Shown here: piece by piece, positions 38,901-50,900 of the stretch
Numbering within the stretch: the stretch's first letter is position 1
Layout of the letters: each line of letters begins with the position of its first letter
DNA from: Scyliorhinus canicula
Taxonomy: Eukaryota
Assembly (NCBI RefSeq): GCF_902713615.1
Contig: NC_052146.1
Span: 173,840,840-173,904,839 of the forward strand
DNA: 64,000 nucleotides
Direction: 5' to 3'
Position numbers and translations under genes: made by a program
The notes under the pieces: generated by a model
Seen by the model: only the letters and a program-made list of their open reading frames with translations
Told to the model about the DNA's origin: nothing
Databases searched by the model: none

Positions 38901-41900
38901 GTCTTAAAAAAAGCCAATTTTTTAAAAAGAGGCTGAATTTCTTGAGAGTTGTATTTTTATAATGAATGCTGATAATATGAAATTCCATTGAATCCAGAGC
39001 CTCAGAGCGATACACTAAGTATACCAATTAGCAGCAACCTTTCTTGGTTTAGGTGCGCGTGAATACGTTTTGGACGCAAACAATTTGGTATTTACAATCT
39101 GGATTCCAATTGGCTGGAAAACATCATTCAGAGCAATTTTTAGTTAATGAAAGCCCCCAAAAAAAGAGAGGAAACATGGTGATATGTTAAAAGGAAACTT
39201 TTGGGACGAGAAATAAGTTTAGTTAACATCGAATACATTAAATAGAAAGAAAGAAAATTCAAGGTTAAGAAATTCATGAATACAAAAGAACAGGACGCAG
39301 AATAAGGGCAGTGGCGAGGTTAAAACTTTAGACAATTTCATTTATAGTATTTATTTAGCAATTTTACAACTAGTATTCGAGTTATGAAGCTACCCTTGGC
39401 ATGTGAAAAGTTTTAACATTGTTGCAAATATGAGGTTTTAGAATATTTTTAGGTTTTGGGACTGTGTTTTAATTGAGGGAAAAATGAAAAAGGTTATGCG
39501 ACGTCTGTTGAAGTCTGCCTGACAACATGTATGGGTGACGGAGCTGTTAAAGATTAAAGGAAGGCCCAGTTTGTTTTGTTGGGAAAGATGTGCAAGGTGT
39601 TTATACTTGGAGACAATGGCAGTGGCAACTATGTTTACAATGGTTAGATTGGTAGCTTCTGGAGTCCCAGGAAGATGTTGAGAATGTCGGGTTGCAATTT
39701 TTTATGCTTTAACATGTCCACTTACTTCCAAGGTAGAATAGAATTGGGGTTCTCAAGGATAACTAATCAGCGTTTTGACCTGGATACAAGATCAAAGCAA
39801 CTCAGTGCCATGAAGATGGCTTTCAGTGGGGGAGAATCCTTAGGAAACCATTGAGAGATCAGATTACCATTTTTCCTAAAGATATTCATGAAACTCACAG
39901 GCAAGTTAGCCTGCCAGGATCCAAGAGAGAGGGAGCAGCTAGAGGTCAAGCGTTTCTATGGTTCACCATGCGGGGATGGAGGAGGGAGTTTACTCACACT
40001 CAGATTGGAAAGGCCAAATTCGCGAGGAGTTAAAACAACACTGGAAGATTTGTCTAACTTGTGCTAGAGGAGGAATCTCCAGGGGAAAGAACTTCAGAGA
40101 AAGGCAGTTCTAAGATTAAAAGTTCCTAGGGTGAGAAAGGATAAAAGCAGAAATAGACTCAGAAGTTAAGAATCACCAGGAGAACTGAACTAAAAGACAG
40201 TGGAAAACATAGCTTTGAAATGTCTTGTTGGTTGTGCTAAAAGTAAAATGGGGAGAGTTCTGTTCTGTATAAATTGTTTACATAGTGTTTAGTCAATAGG
40301 GTGTTTAGTCTTTTGTATAAGTTTTAAAACATGCAATCTTGTCATGTTATCTTTTCAGATAGTAACTGAACAAGATTGTTATTTCCTGAGAATCTACCAC
40401 AGTGCAAGGATTAATAAAGGAGACTGTGCTTGGAAAACAGACTCATTCATAATTTGGCATTAAAAAATGGCATGCAAGTATCCCTGCGAGTTGAGTAATT
40501 CTGCTACAAAATTATTTTGCCCAGAGTGCATGTTTTATGACGTTCACAGGCAACAATATTTAAATATGGATTGCTCACCATTAAATAGAAGAGTTGGTAG
40601 TTATACACACCCCTCTTTTCTGTGGGCTAGGGTAATATTGATAATTATAAATGTTCTCACTGTTGATCAATGCCATGTGTTACAAGTATTGAGCCCATAC
40701 TTCATTTAATGAGGAAATTATTGATTAATTGTCCTATGTACTGATCTTTTATAATCATGACGAGTTAACCTCCTGTGCTGTCTCATGTGGCAAGTTAACA
40801 AACTGTGAAGTTCATGTGAAATGTAAAAAGTTGACAGACTTTCATGTAACTCATGACTTTCTGTTACAAGATGAATAACCAGTACTGTATACTTAAAAAT
40901 CTATAGTGCAGATAATGCAACAGAATCACACAGGGTTTCAAGTTTGGATATTACTCAATGAAAGGTCACAGACCTGAAACGGCAACTATTTCTTTTTAGA
41001 ATAATCTTAGAATCCCTACAGTGCAGTAAGAGGCCATTTGGCCCATCAAGTCTGCACCGACCCTCTGAAAGAGCACCCTACCTAGGTCCAATTCCCCCGT
41101 CCAGTTCCTGCAACCCCATCCTAAGGGACAATTTATCATGGCCAATCCACCTCGACCAATCCACCTAACCTGCACATTTTTGGATGTGGGAGAAAACAAG
41201 AGCACCCGGAGGAAACCCACGGAGACACTAGGAGAATGTGCAAACACCACACAGACAGTCACCCGAAGTTGGAATCCAACCCGGGTCCCTGGCGCTGTGA
41301 GGCAGCAGTGCTTACCACTGTGTCATGGGGCCGCCCCTCTCTTGCCATAGATACTGCCAGACACTACGGAGTATTTTCAGCATTTTCTGTTTACATTTTA
41401 GTTTTCGAGCATCCGTAGTGTTATACTTTTGTTTTTCTTTAATTCTGGGTTGGTCAAAGAAGTTGCAAATTGTCTCTTTGTCTGCAAGGTACTGCAGAGG
41501 TTCATCAAAGTGTGAAGGACTGGGACCATTAGTGACAATTCTCGGGAGTGGATCAGGGGAGCGGGCATGTAACTCATGACAGAAATATCTGAGGCAACAC
41601 ATTCGCACTTTTCTCCTCACCACTCCCTTCAACTGGCTGTACCTGTGGAATACAGCATGAAGCAGATAATATCAGGATAGAAATAAACTGTGATCAAAAT
41701 CTTGTGATCCAATTTCCAGGACGGCTGGAGCTAAATGTGGAATCTGTGTTGTCCACTCCATCGCATCTTACTTCCAGATTTAATTGATGTTTGATGTCAG
41801 TTCAGAAATATTTTAACTTTTCTTTTATTCATGACTTTTTCTATGATTCCCTGGTCATCAAAGTTAAAGATACAGGCTTGGGGAAAGGAATTTTTTTCTT

Positions 41901-44900
41901 TTCAGATGTTCATATCTGCACCAAGCAGTCCAAAGGTTAGCGAGAGCATGTTGAGGCAGAGTAAACTTTCTTTCATTCGGTTTCAATAATGCACTGCAGC
42001 CCAACATTCATTAGAGGACTGAGTAGTGCACAGGCGTGATGCTTCTCCATCTCTCACACCCGCCATCATGCATCCTCCCAGTCTAAATTAAGTGCCAGTT
42101 ACCCTATATGCGCTCTTTTGGCCTCACTCATCAGGAACGGAATTGAAGCCACCTAAACTCACAGTCAGCAAGTAGATAGGTAGGCAGGCAATCTCACTGT
42201 CATTCCCACTGATACAGCAAGCAAATAGGAACAACTCTCACAGGCTACCAACAATTTAATGAAAGAGCGTTGAATTGGATCAGTAAGGTTAAGAATAACT
42301 AAGTGTAGTTTTAACTTTGCTTTTCTTTAAAAGACAAAGAGGGAAGACAAGTGTTCCATCACCATCATCATAGTCAACAATATCCGCGTCACCAACGCCC
42401 AATAGTGCAAATAAAAGAAATGAAATAACAGAAAACTCATACATTGTCATTTTGGATTCTGGTCCACCAGATCTGGAAATAGAACACACTTTAGTTAGAT
42501 TCTGCTAGGAACATAGACCTCACACCTTCCCACAAGCAGACAGCTTGGGGTAACTCTGTACATGCATTTTATTGGAGTTCTATTAATTTTATTATTTTCA
42601 GACAAAAGTTAATCTCGGAATTCATGCAAAAATGATTAGAAGGTCTCTCAGTTTAAAATCATCTTGATTATTAATTTGTGCAATTCTTTGCATGGGAATC
42701 TGTGCATGGGAATTCTAGAATTAATATAGTATAATTACGATTCAGAGGAGGTGATTTACTAAATGTGCAAAACAGAAATGCAGGTTACATATCCATACTT
42801 AGCAGCAACTGCAACAGGGCGGATGTGTTTAACTTCAACACTGTGGAAGAAAAGACATCTATTATTAAGCTTCCATCACAAAAACAAGAGGAATTGGGGG
42901 GATAAAAACAACGGAAAGAATTTTAAACACGTTTAACCCCCTACCTCTTAATTCCTGCATCCATAGATGATTCATCGTTGATGAGCTCAGACTCACTTCG
43001 TGCGATCCTCATGGCAAGCTCCTGGTCACGTCGCTCTTGCTCAAGCAATGCCTGCTTACGAGCTTCCTCCTCACGCTCTAAAGCAAGCTGAATTTCCATT
43101 GCAGCCTGGAAAACATAAAAGGTGTCTGAACTGAGGCAACTATTTGGTTAGCTCTTGACATTGGTGAAGCTATTCAGAACTATTATAGACAAACAAATGG
43201 CAAAGCAAATGGGCAATGTCTCCTGAACACACCAAGAGTTCATTATTTTTAAGCTTTTACAATTGGTTATATTGACAAACCAGACCAGCATTTTTGAATG
43301 TTTTGCAGAAAGAAAATTCCCTATCCGATAATCTACTGACTTCATCAAGTCGTTTCCACAGTATCAGAACTAAAGGTATAAGACAAGTGATGGAAATGTT
43401 GAATATCAAGCAAAGATATCATACCAGAGTAAATGACTGAGATGAGAGGCAGTGAAAACTTTACTGGGTACATAAACTAGGATAGATAAAGTTGTTGAGT
43501 AAATCAATAGATACTAAGCTATCATGGGAATAAATGCCCAAAGGTTGGACAGTTGGCAATTTGGTAAGTACTGCTGGTAAACAAGTGGAAGATGGCTTTT
43601 GTCATAGTTTATTCAGAATAAGTCATAAGAACAATTGCTCGGAGGTTCAAACTAAGACTGATAAAAAAGAGCCAAGTTAAAATTCAAGGAACTGCATTGA
43701 GTTCAGTGAGAGAAATTGAGCAGTATGGGTTGCTGCTAAATTATCAGACTGCTTATCTGACATCTAGGCTGGATGAGCAGCAATTTCCTCCAATTAAATA
43801 GGGGTCAACTGAAGCCAGGTCTTTGGTGCCTGCACTAGACTCTGTTCCCTTGCTATCAACTCCATCCTTCTCCCTGACAACTGTCTGAGACTAAACTAGA
43901 CTGTGCACAACATTGGTGTCATATTTTATCCCAAGGTGAGTTTCCAGCTCATTTCTGTGCAACTATTAAGATACCCTTTTTCCATTTCCAAACACAACTT
44001 GACATCATCCCTGCCTTAGCTCACCTGCTGCTGAAACACTCATTCATGATTTGTTACCTCTGGACTCAGCTGTTGTAATGCTCTCCTGTCGAGCCTCCCA
44101 CATTCGATCTCCCATAAACTTGAGGTTATCGAAAAACACTGCATGTAATGGATCCTGTTAATCTAGCACCCCTGCTGACCTACTTTGGTTTCTGGTCAAG
44201 TTTCCCTTCACTTTTAAAATTCTCATCTTATTTCCTTATGTCTGTAATCTCCTCCTGCCCCACAACCATCTGAGATATCTACACTCATCTACGTCTGTTC
44301 TCTTGGGCATCCCTTTCAACGGTTCCACCAACAGTGGCTGTGCCTTCAGCTGCCGAGGCTCCAAGCTCTGGAAATTTCTCCCTGAACTTCTCTTTCTTCC
44401 TTTGAAATCTATCCCTTTGACCAAACGTATGGCCATCTGCTCCAACACCTCAAGTAGGTCAGAGTGACACCTTGCTTCAAATTGCTCCCGTGACTCTGGG
44501 AGGTTTTATTATGTTCAAATGCCACATAAAGTGTTTCTGCTCATTGGTTAATTTAAAAAAAAATACACATTTTAAAGGTTTAAGGAATACAATGCAAATG
44601 TATAAGTATATGGGAAGAATAAATGAAGAGAGAGAAGGCATGCCAAATGTAGTAGAAAGCATTGGTAATTTATGCAGGACTGGAGAAGTACACCCTAAAT
44701 GTCACAGCCAACCCATCCAAGGAGATAAAACCAGAGCAACACAAGTGAGAAATCAGCTTTAGTCAATCTACAATCGCTTTTCTGGGAAAAGGGGGTCTCA
44801 AGTCTTTTCACCACTACCCGAGTTCAATAATAAGCATACAATTGCTATCAAGTTACCCTGCTATGCAACAACAGCAAAGTGTCATCATCGAGATTGCAAC

Positions 44901-47900
44901 TGCGAAACTGAACTACAAGTTATGACAAATTAAGCTGAACCCATCTAAGGCAAGTCTGCACTGCTGAAGGAGTTCACACAAAGTCGAATCAAACTATTGT
45001 TCTTCTGCATCCAAATTATTTTACTATTCCAAAAAAAAATGTTTTTTTCATGAGTAGGGCTCAGAATAGGAAACTCTAGTGGTTGCTATTCACATAATTG
45101 TACTGGTGAGCCAAGAATTAAATTGTTTCCAAACGGAAGTTGATTTTATTTGGATGAAGAGCAGAGTTCTATTCAGTGGGACAACAGGATGTGATGCAAA
45201 TATAGGAACTGGTTTAGCACAGTGGGCTAACCAGCTGGCTTGTCATGCAGAACAAGGCCAGCAGGGCGGGTTCAATTCCCGTACCGGCCTCCCCGAACAG
45301 GGGTCGGAATGTGGCGACTAGGGGCTTTTCACAATAACTTATTTGCAGCCTACTAATAAGCGATTATTATTAAATTCAGCACTTGAATAAGATAAAGATG
45401 AATTCCTTCTGCAGCCCCCAGACACATTGCAGTGTGAAGATTTTTTTCACCTATCACTCCTTTTTAAATGTGTGCTTTGAACATGCAAAACATGGACAAC
45501 TCACCCACAATTTACCAGGCATGCTCCATTGGCTCAGGCTATGCCAAGGCTTTTCAGCATTAGAAATTGTCTGATCTACATTCAAACTGTGGGAACTTTC
45601 CTTCAGACAGACCACATTCTCTCGCAGTCACGGCACACTGAACGTTCCAGATAACAAATTATCAGAGATATGTAGTTACACATCAGCCCTGCAAAGCTAG
45701 CTGACCAAAGAAGGGTTTTTCATTTATTAGCCCCCTTGACGAGAAGCAACAAAACTTTAAAAGAAGTGCTTTGAAGAGTACTTAATGGGTTCCTGGACAA
45801 TAAAGATTCTACCCACCATCTCCAACAGCTTGAAGTAACACTGCTCTAATAATTGAGATCAAAATAAGAACCTTAGGATCAAAGAAATAGGACATTCAGC
45901 ACCTCCAGCCTTCTCCACCATTTTATTAGATTATGAACTCTATTCTTCTGGCCAAGCTGTCTACCCTTTGAAGTACCTAACTAACAGGCGTCTATTGATC
46001 AGAGTTCTAACCATTAACCAGATCAGTACTCCCAGTTGTTTGGGGGAGGGGGTGGAGGGGCGACTTCCAGATTTCCACTGCCCTTTCTGAGAGATAAAAT
46101 TCTTCTTGATTTCACTCCCAAGTTACCCAGCTGTAATTTGAATTCACATTCCACCAGGGGAGATAGTCTCACAGTATCTACCCAACCAACTCCTTTTAAC
46201 ATTTTACGCAACTGCTCAGATCATTACTCAAATCTTTTGAACTCAATAGATTCTATCCAGTAAAGAGAAACTTGAACATTGCTAACTATCTGACGTTGTT
46301 CACAGGAGACTAGAGGAACCAGCCGTTCATTTTTGTTGAACCTCCAGATCAACTCAATAAAATTTTTCTGATGTTCTCCCTGCGACTGACCAGCACCATT
46401 TTCCACACAGGGATACAAACCTGCAGTCGACGCTTTTCTTCCTCCCCTTTCTTCCTCTCCTCCTCCTCCAGTTTCCTCTTCAGCTCCATATCAGCTTTCC
46501 TGGTAAAAACAGGAGAGGATGATGATTAAGTCAAAGGTCTCATCACAGGATGAGGAGCATAAAGATATGCAACCTGAAATTCTGTTAGAATTGTAATAAC
46601 TAGAGAAAATACAGCACCAGAACACAAATCAGTTGCAAATCCCTTTTCTGTAGATTTATTATAATACATAGATACATAGAAGATAGGAGGAGGAGGCCTT
46701 TTGGCCCTTCGAGCCTGCTCCGCCATTCATCACGATCATGGCTGATCATCCAACTCAATAGCCTAATCCTGCTTTCTCCCCATAGCCTTGGATCCCATTC
46801 TCCCCAAGTGCTATATCCAGCTGCCTCTTGAATATATTCAAAGTTTTAGCATCAACTACTTCCTGTGGTAATGAAATCCACAGGCTCACCACTGTGTGAA
46901 GAAATGCTTCCTTATCTCTGTCTGAAATTCTTTACCCTGAATCCTCAGGCTGTGACCCCTGGTTCTGGACACACCCATCATTGGTAACATCTTCCCTGCA
47001 TATACCCTGTCTAGTCCTGTTAGAATTTTATAAATCTCTGAGATCCCCCCTCATTTTTCTGAACTCCAGCGAGAATAATCCCAACCTAGTCAATCTCTCC
47101 TTATTTGACAGTCCCGCCATCCCTGGAATCAGTCTGGTAAACCTTCGAGAGCAAGAACATCCTTCCTCAGAGAAGGAGGCCAAAACTGCACACAATACTC
47201 CAAGTATGGCCTCACGAAGGCCCTGTACAATTGCAGCAACATATCCCTGCTTCTATCCTCGAAACCTCATTCAATGAAGACCAACATACCATTAGCCTTC
47301 TTTACTGCCTGCTGCACCTGCATGCTTACCTTCAGCGAATGGTGCACAAAGACACCCAGGTCCCGCTGCACACTCCCCTCTCCCAATTTACAACCATTCT
47401 GGTAGTAATCTGCCTTCCAAAATGAATAACCTCACATTTATCCAAATTATACTCCATCTGCCATTGGTTTGCCCACTCGCCCAACCTGTCCATATCTTGC
47501 TGTAGGATCCCTGCATCCTCGTCACAATTCAAACTCAAATTCACAATTCAAATTTGCTATCATTTGCAAACTTTGAGATGTTACATTTTGTTCCGTCATC
47601 CAAACCATTAATATATATTGTGAATAGCTTGGGTCCCAGCACCGATCCCTGTGGTACCCCACTGGTTACTGCCTGCCAATTTGAAAAGGACCCATTAATC
47701 CCTACTCTTTCTGTTTCCTCTCAGCCAACCAGTTTTCTATCCACCTCAATACATTTCCCCCAATCCCATGCGCTTTAATTTTGCATCCTCGATCGGGTTA
47801 ATTGTAAAAACAAAGTTCCCCACCTTTACCCAAATTGGAAGTTTCCTCGTGGCAGCTGGTGGAATTTAAATTCAGTCAATAAATCTGGAACATAAAACTA

Positions 47901-50900
47901 GTCTCAGTAATGGCACCATCAGACCATCATGGATTGTTGTAAAAACCCATCTGGTTCACTGATGTCCTTGAGGAAAGGAAATCTGCCGTCCTTACCCGGT
48001 TTGCCCTACATGTGACTCCAGGTCTACAGCAATGTGACCGGCTCTTAACTATGCTCCTGGGGGATGAGCAATAAATGCTGGCCTTGCCAGCAATGCATCC
48101 CTTGAAATAATACTTAAATAAAATGGTGGATGATTTTTTTTCCCCCCCGTTCCACACAAGAACCATTCTTATTGCCCCAGGAACATTAGCACATTTAAAA
48201 AAATTTAAATCCTCAGTTGTATATTGTGAATTTAAATCTACCGATTCGACTACACATGTAACTGTGTGTACTGGTGCAACACACGCACTTTTACACCCAG
48301 ACTTACAGCCGCCGGTCTTCCTCATCTTGCTTGCGTCTTTGTTCTTCCTCCTCACGTCGCATCTGTTCTCGTTCCATTTCCTTTTGGATGACCCGCAGCC
48401 GCTCAGCTTCCTCCTCTTCTTGTTTCTTCTTCTGGAGTGTGCTTAGAAGCTGCTCTGATCGTTTCACCAGAGCGACATATTCCTTGTCAATCTGATCTCT
48501 TGTCATTATAATTTTCTAAGGAAAGCAAAGATCAAGGAAAAGACGATCACAAGTCAACTACTTTTAGTCTTCAGAACATGTTGCTGACTCTGATTAGGTG
48601 CTCACAAGGCCAGAATGCCCATCTTCTCATGACCCTAACATATTACCAGAGAATAGAACCACAGAATTCTTAGTACAAAAGGAGGCCATTCGGCCCATCG
48701 CGTCTGCACCGACCCTCTGAGCGCACCCCACTTTGGCCCCTCCCTGTAACCCCGCCTAATATGCACATCTTTTGACACTAAGCTGCAATTTTATGATGGC
48801 CGATCCACCTAACCTGCACATCTTTGGATTTGTTTTTTCCCCCTGCAATTTCCAGGAAAGTGATTTCATCCTGGAAGTGGCTGGGGAAAGGCAAAACTGA
48901 AAACAAAACTGTAATGACTTAGGCCAGGCCTTTGTGATTGGCCAATTAGAATAAGAGTTTGCTGATTCGTGGCCTTATCAGGGAAACCCTTTCTCTGTAT
49001 ATAACAGGGAGTGTCAGATCCTCTACACTCCCAGTGTGGACAGCAAGCTGAATGCACCTGGTTGTTCGGCTGTTGATTTTGTAACTAAAAGGAACGCGGG
49101 TGAAGGGACTTCTGCCTCCGTGGACTTATTACAAAAGTAAACCCGACACTTCTCAGCTGGCCCCACCTGAAATATGGCGAGTGCCGAAGCACAGCAGTTG
49201 TGGAGAGGTCTGCAAGCCCACTGATCCGCCCTCCCACCTGGAAACTGTTTGTGGTCAGTGACTAAAACAGAAATAAAGTGAGGATGGGATTTTGCTGCAC
49301 TCCCATTATCCAATAGCCTTCCAGTATTTACTGAGCAGAATCACAGATAAAGAATCATCATTTGAGGGAGGTACGGATATGCCAACAACAGCAGGACTGC
49401 TGACCTCAGCCACGAAAATCAGAGGAAAGAAAATGACATTCGCCCAGAGGTTTGACGTGGTAGAACGAGGAAGACGACTTCTGCGGTCGACAAACTAATA
49501 TGATCATTGTTTTTATTCGGTGCAATTTGATACTTGAATATGTGTCAAATTTTAAAAATTTGAAGAAGTTTCTCAGGTGAGCCATTAGCGATACCTCAAA
49601 TCTGATTGTTGCCCCAAGATGGGGGTGCAAATGGGAGTACAAGGGAAATCAAGTTGACCAAGTAACGACAGCAAAACTGTCCTTCTCACACTCCACACAT
49701 TCATTTTGATTCGGTGACATGCCCTCGATTTGAACACAAGAAGCCCAAGCAGGAGTATTGGAAATGCTCCATTCAATGGTGTGTGACAAAAGCATCAATG
49801 TTTCATTCACAAATATCTGCCATTCTCTCGCTCCTGCGTAACTGGAAGGAAAAGCGATCACACTGTCATACACAGAATTGTGGGCACCAGAAGAAAAGTT
49901 AGAACTGTTACGGGTTCGTTCAAGCCTGTTCATTCAAATACTTACCTTCATTTTGGTCACAAGAGCATTAATCGATGAATCCAGATCCTGGACCTGTTTA
50001 CTCATCTCAGCCTTTCCCTCCCGGAGGGCCTTCACCACCTCGGTCATTCTGTTCACCCGCTGCTTGAGTGATTTCACCTTCACCAGACCATCAATGCTGT
50101 GGGGGGGATGAAACTCAATTACAATCAGCAAAGATGTTCTCACTTTATACATAAAGGAGCATGTGCATGAGCTGGAGAATTAGTGGAATTGGAAGAGTGG
50201 TTCAGAATGAACACCAAAACATAGTGAAACCAGACTCAGCAGCAGCAGCAATGTGGCAAGTCGATCATATAAATGATTTTGCCTTTGGTGCAGAAATACA
50301 TCTCGAGTGAGATATATATGATTCCAACAGTACCACGATCCAGTCTGAAATAATCATCTACATTGAACACGAGTCAACCTCTTCCAATTGTTGAGATACC
50401 ACATTGTTACCTGGCAAACAACAGCAGGGTAGTGGCATACTATGTTACATCTGTTAGTTCAAAAGAGCTGTGCTTAGCTCCATGGCAAGCATGCTTCCTT
50501 TTCTTTTTGATTCTTTCCATTGGATAAGCCACTAAGAAGGAATACTAATGGACTTGGCTATCAGAACAACATCACAAACAATCTGGCCCAGTGCACAACT
50601 ATCAGGAGACCAGGGCAACTGATCACTGCCATCACCAAAGCTACTTAAAAAGTGACCAACATCTGCACCACTCACAAAGAAGAAAGAAAATTACTACGGA
50701 TGCTGCATTCTGAAACAAAAACAGAAAATGCTGGACAATCTCAGCAGGCCTGACCATATCTGTGGTGAGTTAAGGGAGCTAACATTTCCACTCACCGTGG
50801 TTTATGTTTTTTCTTGCATAACCACATGCGGACAGTCTTCTGCATCTTGATGCAAGCAGCAGCTCGGTACTTCATCTTATTCTTCACTGCAGAAATAAAT

